Source of the DNA: Patescibacteria group bacterium
GTDB taxonomy: Bacteria; Patescibacteriota; Patescibacteriia; UBA10025; JAHIVO01
Direction: 5' to 3'
Assembly (NCBI GenBank): GCA_041650915.1
Contig: JBAZKE010000001.1
Coordinates: forward strand, 379,284-443,283
DNA: 64,000 nucleotides
Position numbers and translations under genes: made by a program. The notes beneath the pieces were generated by a model. The model saw nothing but the letters and a program-made list of their open reading frames with translations. It did no database searches and had not been told where the DNA came from. Within the stretch, counting starts at the first letter, position 1; every line of letters starts with the position of its first letter. Shown piece after piece: positions 57,398-64,000 of this stretch.

Positions 57398-57732
57398 GGT
57401 TTTTTCGCTAGTATTAACGGTAATTGTACTACTGCGCAGTTTGTGCAGGATAATTATCTGTTTTCAGTATATCATAAATCAGAATTTATACATTTTATGT
57501 TGCAAAAAATTTTTTATTTTTGAATTTGAATGTCCGTTAGGTGACTGTGAATGACATAATAATCATTCCTCTGATGAAGACGAGTGACCATTGTTAGCAT
57601 AGAGTACGCCATCGAGATACTCGGGTTGCTGCAGGCCAAACTGCTTGTATGCACGGAAGTGGATGAGGCATCTTTTTTATTCTGCTTTTTCTTGGTATAC
57701 TGACAGGGTATACCTCTTTTAACATATCCACT

Positions 57733-57855
57733 ATGAGTGACATCTATTCAGTGCTCGGATGGGGATCGCCGATCGGTACCGGCATATTTCTCCTCATGCT
57801 CGGCGGTTTTATCTACCTCCTCTCGAAGGCGAGCAAGGAAAAGAAAAAGGAGTAG
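57733..57855 (+). CDS. 40-aa membrane peptide
   Basis: MSDIYSVLGWGSPIGTGIFLLMLGGFIYLLSKASKEKKKE. Confidence 0.55.
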   Translation: MSDIYSVLGWGSPIGTGIFLLMLGGFIYLLSKASKEKKKE

Positions 57856-57953
57856 CCGGCCGTTTCCGGCATGGCGACACCTGGTGCCGTGGCATGCATT
57901 TTTTGGCAATAGGATTATACGGGGAGATTAACTAGCAGGTAATTTTAGAACGT

Positions 57954-58643
57954 ATGAAAAAGAATCTCATTCTGCTCGGTTTGGCGGCCATACTGCTCGT
58001 GCCGTCAGCGGTTTATGGGCAGGCTGATCCGACCGAGGTGAAAGTTTTCGATTCGACCGATAACTACCTCGGGGGATGCAGTTTGACAGATACGTCCACC
58101 TGGACGCTTACCAAAGCTCTCGAGGTGACGACCATCCAACTGTGGTACCACTGGCAGGCCGGTGAAACCGAGCTGCCGGTCACGATCACCAAGGATGGCG
58201 AGGCATTCGCATCCTTCACCGCTATCCGCGCCGCGTGCGACCCGTACCAGGCGAGCTGGTGCAATGCTGATTACGCGACCAGCATGACCTTTCCGGCAGG
58301 CACCTATACCACCACTATCCCATCTGCATCTCAGTGCTTAAAACCGGGCGGCACCGGAACGGTACGCCTCTATGGCGCCGAAACGGCAGCCGCGGTGAAT
58401 GCAAATACGGAGCCCAACCTGATCGCAACGGCGAATACGAATGCAAATACAAATACAGCCGTCCTCAATACGAATACAACGAACGCTGCCGTCAACTCTA
58501 TAGCAACAACCGGCAGCAGTGAAGGGGATGACGAGGAGGAGAGCAACGTGCTGGTTTACGTCCTAGTTGGCATCATCGCCGTACTCGCTGGCGTTGTCAT
58601 CGTGATGTTTCTGAAGTGCCCGAAAAAACCGGAAGTACAATAG
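57954..58643 (+). CDS. Hypothetical surface protein (signal peptide, N/T-rich stalk, C-terminal TM)
   Basis: 229 aa; terminator AACCGCCCTCC/GGAGGGCGGTT follows. Confidence 0.75.
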   Translation: MKKNLILLGLAAILLVPSAVYGQADPTEVKVFDSTDNYLGGCSLTDTSTWTLTKALEVTTIQLWYHWQAGETELPVTITKDGEAFASFTAIRAACDPYQASWCNADYATSMTFPAGTYTTTIPSASQCLKPGGTGTVRLYGAETAAAVNANTEPNLIATANTNANTNTAVLNTNTTNAAVNSIATTGSSEGDDEEESNVLVYVLVGIIAVLAGVVIVMFLKCPKKPEVQ

Positions 58644-58907
58644 CCTTTCCCGCACGAACTGAACCGCCCTCCAGCACGGAGGGCGGTTTTATCGGTTGGC
58701 GCAAGCCGGGCGTGCGGCAGGATGTGGCTAGCGCGCCGTATCGGCGGAGCTGATCCTTTCATTGACTGCGCATTTTTGCTATACTAAAAACGCTTTATTT
58801 ACTGAGAAGGAATTACGATATGGCATTCGGTCCGGGCTGTCCAGGCTGCTAAGCTATAAAAACAATGCTTACCGATGGCAATGAATTAACCATTAATACT
58901 TTTTACT

Positions 58908-59483
58908 ATGGCACAGCTCGCGGGATCAAAGACAGAACAGAATCTGCTCAAGGCGTTTTCCGGGGAGTCGCAGGCAAGGATGCGGTATGATTACTTTTCG
59001 AGCGCTGCGAAAAAGGACGGGCTCGTCCAGATTTCGAACCTCTTCGCGGAGACGGCGCTCAATGAAAAGGAGCACGCGAAACGCTTCTTCAAGTTTCTCG
59101 AAGGGAGGCCGGTCGAAATTACGGCGACGTATCCGGCAGGCAAGATCGGTACGACGCTTGAAAACCTGAAAGCGGCGGCAGACGGAGAGAAGGAAGAATG
59201 GGGCGAGCTCTACCCGCAGTTCGCGAAAGTAGCTGAGGCAGAGGGTTTCCATGAGATCGCTGCGGCATTCACCATGATCGGAACGGTCGAGAAGGCGCAC
59301 GAAACGCGCTACCGGAAGCTGTACGATAACCTCGAGCAGGGCAGGGTGTTCAAGCGCGGAGACACGCTCGTGTGGAAGTGCAACAACTGCGGTTACCTGC
59401 ACGAGGGCAAGGAAGCGCCGGAACTCTGCCCGGCATGCAAGCATCCCCAGGCGCACTTCGAGATTTTTGTCGAAAGCTACTAG
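58908..59483 (+). CDS. rbr: Rubrerythrin
   Basis: AFSGESQA, NEKEHA, EKAHE, WKCNNCGY..CPACKHP. Confidence 0.95.
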   Translation: MAQLAGSKTEQNLLKAFSGESQARMRYDYFSSAAKKDGLVQISNLFAETALNEKEHAKRFFKFLEGRPVEITATYPAGKIGTTLENLKAAADGEKEEWGELYPQFAKVAEAEGFHEIAAAFTMIGTVEKAHETRYRKLYDNLEQGRVFKRGDTLVWKCNNCGYLHEGKEAPELCPACKHPQAHFEIFVESY

Positions 59484-59493
59484 TAAAAACCAA

Positions 59494-60228
59494 ATGGAGA
59501 AACACAACGTTAAGGCAATCGTAAAGAACCGGTACGCTTCCATCGCGCGGACGTCGGGCAGCGGATGCGGCTGCTCGCGCACGGGCAGCACCTCCCGCAA
59601 GCTTGGGTATACCGAAGACCAGCTCGCGCAGGTCGGCGATGCGGATCTCGGGCTCGGGTGCGGCAACCCCGTTGCGTTCAGCAGCATCGAGGAAGGGGAT
59701 ACAGTGCTCGACCTCGGAAGCGGGGCAGGCATTGACTGCTTTCTCGCCTCCAAGAAGGCCGGATTGAGCGGGAAGGTGATCGGAATCGATTTTACGGAAG
59801 AGATGGTCGTGAAGGCGAAAACGAACGCGCTCAAGGGAGGCTTCGATAATGTGGAGTTCAGGCTTGGGGACATTGAGAAGCTGCCGATTGACAGCGGCAC
59901 TGTCGATATCATTATTTCAAACTGCGTTATCAACCTGGCACCCGATAAAGATGCGGTTTTTGCCGAAGCGTTCCGCGTGCTGAAGCCCGGCGGGAGGCTG
60001 TTCGTTTCCGATATCGTCCTGCTCGCTGAGCTTACCGAGAAGCAGCGCAACGACGAAAATTTGCTCTCGGGCTGCGTCGCCGGGGCGCTGCGTCGGGACA
60101 AGTACATTGCCCGCCTCGAGCGTGCAGGATTTGACGTTGAAATCCTGTCCGAAAACAAACACATCAGCAAGGAGCAGTATGAGGGCATTCCGCTCGAGAG
60201 CCTGCTCGTCGAGGCGAGGAAACCGTAG
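59494..60228 (+). CDS. arsM: Arsenite S-adenosylmethyltransferase
   Basis: LGLGCGNP, VLDLGSGAGID, IISNCVINL, GCVAGA. Confidence 0.88.
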   Translation: MEKHNVKAIVKNRYASIARTSGSGCGCSRTGSTSRKLGYTEDQLAQVGDADLGLGCGNPVAFSSIEEGDTVLDLGSGAGIDCFLASKKAGLSGKVIGIDFTEEMVVKAKTNALKGGFDNVEFRLGDIEKLPIDSGTVDIIISNCVINLAPDKDAVFAEAFRVLKPGGRLFVSDIVLLAELTEKQRNDENLLSGCVAGALRRDKYIARLERAGFDVEILSENKHISKEQYEGIPLESLLVEARKP

Positions 60229-60368
60229 CATATTTATTTTTACATAAGCAGAATGGCCGAAATCTCCATACTACGTGTGCTTATTAGTTTCGTACTGTTA
60301 TCTGAACCCTGGCGGGAATGAACTTTGTGCGGCTGCACAGCTGCTGAGAAAAACGTAGCGTAACGTGT

Positions 60369-60995
60369 ATGGCGTACCAACTGATGCGGTACATTTTTGA
60401 TCCGCTGCTGAAAAAACGCGTCACTGCCTCAGGCACGGAGCACGTGCCGCAGAGCGGTCCCGTACTCTTCGTGGCGAACCATGTTGGGTGGCACGATCCA
60501 GCCTTGCTCTTCCGGACGCTCATCGTCGCGTCGGGGTACCGGCGGATACACTCAGTGACTGACTGGAACATTTTCCGGTATGAGCCGATCCGCTCGTGGG
60601 TCGGTGCAATCCCGCTGCACGCAGACCGTTCGCGTACTTTCAATAAGGCACGGCAGTGTTTGATCGAGGGCAAGCCTTTCGTAATCTATCCGGAGGGCGG
60701 CATCAATGAGTCGGATACGATCCATTCCGTCAAGAGCGGCGCTGCCCGGCTCGCGCTTGAAACGCACTCGCCGGTTATCCCGGCCGGCATACGGAACAGG
60801 TCTGCCGTACCGCGGACACGCTGCAGGCGCCTGCTTGGCATTCTGACGGGCAGGGTGGAGGTACGGATCGGAGAGCCGATTCCCCTCGGCCAATGGTATG
60901 GCAGTGCGATGACCGGGCAGAACATCCGCAACGTTACCGATGCCATCATGGAGCGGGTAGCCGAGCTTGCGGGCAAGCAGTATAAGCCTTTATAA
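60369..60995 (+). CDS. Lysophospholipid acyltransferase (PlsC-like)
   Basis: NHVGWHD (HX4D) and IYPEG. Confidence 0.85.
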   Translation: MAYQLMRYIFDPLLKKRVTASGTEHVPQSGPVLFVANHVGWHDPALLFRTLIVASGYRRIHSVTDWNIFRYEPIRSWVGAIPLHADRSRTFNKARQCLIEGKPFVIYPEGGINESDTIHSVKSGAARLALETHSPVIPAGIRNRSAVPRTRCRRLLGILTGRVEVRIGEPIPLGQWYGSAMTGQNIRNVTDAIMERVAELAGKQYKPL

Positions 60996-61007
60996 AAAAT
61001 AACCGGT

Positions 61008-61715
61008 ATGAGCTCAGCACGAGACGTACGGTCAGCGCTTAAAAAATACAGCAATACGGAGAAGGCTCGCATTTTGCAGCGTTTTTTCAAAACAGGAAAA
61101 GGCGAGTACGGCGAGGGAGACGTGTTTCTCGGCGTCACGGTGCCGGTACAGCGCCAGGTCGCGCGCCGGTTCCAGGATTTGCCGCTGGCCGAAGCGGCGC
61201 GCTTGCTGAAGAGCAGCGTGCATGAAGAACGCCTGACGGCGCTTTTTATCCTCGTAGCTGCGTTCAAGAATGCCGGTGCTGCTGTGCGAAAAAAGATATT
61301 CGGGCTCTACCTGAAAAACGCACGCCGGATCAACAACTGGGATCTCGTCGACAGCTCTGCGCCGAATGTCGTCGGAGCCTACCTCATCGATAAGCCGCGT
61401 GCGGTCCTGTATCGGTTAGCGCAGTCGCCCAATCTGTGGGAGCGACGCATAGCCATGCTGGCAACGTACGCATTCATCAGGCGGAACGATTTTCAAGCCA
61501 CGCTCACGATTGCGAAGATGCAGCTCCAGGACAAGCACGACCTCATGCACAAGGCGGTCGGGTGGATGCTCCGGGAGGTAGGCAACCGGGACCGGGCTGC
61601 CGAGGAAGCGTTTCTGCAGCGGCACTACCGTACAATGCCGTGCACCATGCTCCGGTACGCGGTAGAGAAGTTCGACGAGCGGACGAGGAAGGCATACCTC
61701 GCCGGGACGAGGTAG
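61008..61715 (+). CDS. DNA alkylation repair protein (AlkD-like)
   Basis: FFKTGKGEYGEGD.FLGV, NNWDLVD, LWERR, HKAVGWMLRE. Confidence 0.9.
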   Translation: MSSARDVRSALKKYSNTEKARILQRFFKTGKGEYGEGDVFLGVTVPVQRQVARRFQDLPLAEAARLLKSSVHEERLTALFILVAAFKNAGAAVRKKIFGLYLKNARRINNWDLVDSSAPNVVGAYLIDKPRAVLYRLAQSPNLWERRIAMLATYAFIRRNDFQATLTIAKMQLQDKHDLMHKAVGWMLREVGNRDRAAEEAFLQRHYRTMPCTMLRYAVEKFDERTRKAYLAGTR

Positions 61716-61826
61716 CGTAAGGAAACTATGCCCGTACAGTTGACGTTGTGCTGTTTTTTTAGTACGGTAGAGTATAAAAGTGTAAAAACCAAAAACAAAA
61801 AGAAAAAACGACTGGAGGTTGAAAAC

Positions 61827-62444
61827 ATGTGTAAACAAACGACGAAGCCGGTTCCGCTGAAACCGGTCCTTCTTGATACGGTGAGCTTCGTGCTCTTGTC
61901 CATTATTATGATTTGCCCGCTCTTTATCGGCATACATATGAAGCAGATTCCGCCGATACCGGGGGGCATCGCCATTCTGTGCTTCGGGGCAACGCTCCAC
62001 GGGATCGGGCTCAAGGTGGCGTGGAAACAGAACAAAACGTTCGCAGCCGGCATCATCGGGCTGTTCTACGCCTTCTGGCTGTACTGCGGTTTCGGGCTGC
62101 TTGCGCTTGGATTCGGAACCATTGAAAAAGAGCAGTTCGATTCTGTTTTCGTGTGGTGTGAGCTGCCGCTGGCACTCTCGATCCTCATACTCGCTTTTGC
62201 GTACTGTGGGGTCAAGAGGCTGTTCCGGATTTTGCTCGGCCTGATGGGCACGGTCGTCTACCTGTGGCTGTCGAAAGTGCTGTTTCACGGGCTCCAGAGC
62301 GGCGTTCCGGTTGTCGTGGGCGCGCTGATGCTCGGCAGCACCATTGTGTTCATTTTGCAGTTGCGGGAGCACGCGCGGAAGCTCAGGGAGTATGAGGAGT
62401 ACGAACGGACGCACATTAGCCAGTGCACCTGCCGTCAGGAATAA
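61827..62444 (+). CDS. Hypothetical multi-pass membrane protein
   Basis: GGAGG SD before ATG 61827; about 6 TM helices. Confidence 0.65.
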   Translation: MCKQTTKPVPLKPVLLDTVSFVLLSIIMICPLFIGIHMKQIPPIPGGIAILCFGATLHGIGLKVAWKQNKTFAAGIIGLFYAFWLYCGFGLLALGFGTIEKEQFDSVFVWCELPLALSILILAFAYCGVKRLFRILLGLMGTVVYLWLSKVLFHGLQSGVPVVVGALMLGSTIVFILQLREHARKLREYEEYERTHISQCTCRQE

Positions 62445-62598
62445 GAAGGTATAGATCGGCTTGACGGGTAACGTCCGCTGCATTCGCGTAGCGGACGTTT
62501 TTATTTAACCGCAACTGTCCCCATCCGGAGAAAGTCCGGCGCCGCGTGGATCGTGCAGATTACGCATGCTGAAGTTGATTGTTTTATTGGTATAGGAG

Positions 62599-63294
62599 AT
62601 GTATAGTAACGATATGAAATTAACATTACTACTGTTCAGTATACTGTTTCTGTTTTCAGTGCCGTTTGTTTCAGAAGCGCAGGTAAATGCTGATTTTTTG
62701 GGGACGACGTTTGCTTTGGGCACTGCGGAAATAGGCGGTGAAATTATCCGTACCATACAATGGGTGCTCGGCGGGATTGGTTTATTGCTCGTACTCGGCA
62801 TGCTCGTTGCTGCGGCGAATGTCATTGCACGGTCCTACAACCTCAGGCACTTCGCTGAGGAGCACCAGTTGCCGGTGCAGGCAGAGCCTGCCGGCATGGC
62901 ACAGCGCCGGGCGATCAAAAAACGCTTGAACGATTACAACTGGATGTGGATTGCGGGTGTTTGTTTAATTCTGTTTGGGGGAGTCCTGTCGATTTTTTAT
63001 TTGCTCGCATTGCCTGTCGGTCTAACGCTCATCATCATCGGCCTGGTGCACGACAGCAAGCTCCGCCGGGAGCTGCGCGCTTTTGACGCAGCGAATCCGA
63101 ACGTTTTTGCACAGTGGAACCAATTTCGGTCCGGCATTCAGCCTGTGTTCCTGCCAGAGTACGAAGCGCAGCTGAAGCACCGGCGCATATGGGTTGCGAT
63201 CGGCGTCGGATGCTTGGTCGGCCTCTTTGGAATCCTCATGGCATGGGCGATCGTGATTTTTGTTCCAGGTCCAGTGCCGGAGGTTACCGTATAA
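62599..63294 (+). CDS. Membrane protein with pilin-like termini
   Basis: LGTAE..IIRTIQWVLG.IGL at the N-terminus and GILMAWAIVIFV at the C-terminus. Confidence 0.55.
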   Translation: MYSNDMKLTLLLFSILFLFSVPFVSEAQVNADFLGTTFALGTAEIGGEIIRTIQWVLGGIGLLLVLGMLVAAANVIARSYNLRHFAEEHQLPVQAEPAGMAQRRAIKKRLNDYNWMWIAGVCLILFGGVLSIFYLLALPVGLTLIIIGLVHDSKLRRELRAFDAANPNVFAQWNQFRSGIQPVFLPEYEAQLKHRRIWVAIGVGCLVGLFGILMAWAIVIFVPGPVPEVTV

Positions 63295-63560
63295 TGTAAA
63301 TGTACGTGCGCCTGCTGCGGAAGGGGGAATGGTACTGATAAAATAATTTGTCCGTAGTGAGCCTATTGCTCATTGCGATTGCAACGGTTTTTGTTGTTTG
63401 CGTTTTGACTATTGGCGGCGATGTGGATGTGTTAGTCTGTGGAAATATCTTTTTTAAAGGCGGACCGGCCTTGATATTGCTCTTGTGTCATGGTACAGTG
63501 CACCAGCCATACGAGAAAATAACGGCATAGAAGCCACAACTTCCAGTAACCAAACGCCAT

Positions 63561-64000
63561 ATGTCAGATCAGGCACTCACCGTACTCAACCTACTCTCAT
63601 TTATTGCGGTTATCGGCAACGCCGCGATTGTAGCGCTTGCGATAGTTTTAATCGCCAATCAGGGCGCGAAGAAAAGATTTAGTAAGCTCTCCGGGTACCT
63701 CGGGGAGCGGGGGCTGCTCTTCGCACTGTTTATCGCGGTCCTGGGGACGATCGGCAGCCTATACTTTTCGGAAATAGCGCACCTCCCGCCGTGCAAGCTC
63801 TGCTGGTTCCAGCGGATAGCCATGTACCCGCAGGTGATCCTGCTCGGTATTGCAATCTGGAAAAAGCACACGTTCATCGCCCTGTACGGCATCGTGCTAT
63901 CGGCTGTTGGAGCTGCGATTGCGGTATACCACTACTACATACAGATGGTCCCGACTGGGCTTGTCCCGTGCTCAATCTACGATCCCGTTTCTTGTACCGA
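63561..64000 (+). CDS. Disulfide bond formation protein DsbB/BdbC (truncated by window end)
   Basis: GSLYFSEI..PCKLCWFQRIAMYP, YHYYIQ. Confidence 0.88.
   Translation, partial: MSDQALTVLNLLSFIAVIGNAAIVALAIVLIANQGAKKRFSKLSGYLGERGLLFALFIAVLGTIGSLYFSEIAHLPPCKLCWFQRIAMYPQVILLGIAIWKKHTFIALYGIVLSAVGAAIAVYHYYIQMVPTGLVPCSIYDPVSCT

Noticed and set aside
57560-57670. Riboswitch in the intergenic region
   Set aside because: CTGATGA and a few short stems are present, but I could not match a complete known aptamer
58926-60188. 420-aa minus-strand ORF (also 3480-4124, 23698-24552, 29380-30255, 61416-62483)
   Set aside because: Antisense shadows of well-supported genes in GC-rich coding sequence

Overview
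Bacterial chromosome window in the standard genetic code. Gene content (short EF-Ts, TGS-less ThrRS, DUF3048 pair, baseplate-J-like and pilin-like membrane proteins) suggests a Patescibacteria/CPR organism; this is inferred, not established. From 1 to 20.2 kb it is housekeeping: thrS, dnaE, rodA, rplY, prmC, prfA, rpmE, rpsB, tsf, PSP1, tRNA-Thr/Tyr/Thr, rpmG and tRNA-Trp. From 20.2 to 64 kb it is a patchwork accessory region: a copper operon, many single-gene units, an AT-rich defence-type island, secreted proteins, typA, a DEAD-box helicase, rubrerythrin and arsM. Main observations: (1) All four tRNA genes have broken or partial copies of themselves nearby. The Thr and Tyr copies carry hairpin inserts in their cloverleaf loops, two intact tRNAs sit nested inside their own broken copies, and a ~90-100-nt element with conserved, co-varying structure abuts duplicated T-arm/3' ends of both tRNA-Tyr and tRNA-Trp. 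Together these suggest a tRNA-targeting structured micro-element system. (2) An atypical T-box riboswitch with a short stem I lies upstream of thrS. (3) A cassette is integrated into greA through a 38-bp direct repeat. (4) Other items include an HsdM-FecR chimera, a recurring promoter module and an NTase-HEPN fusion. All calls come from reading the sequence by eye; no database searches were run.
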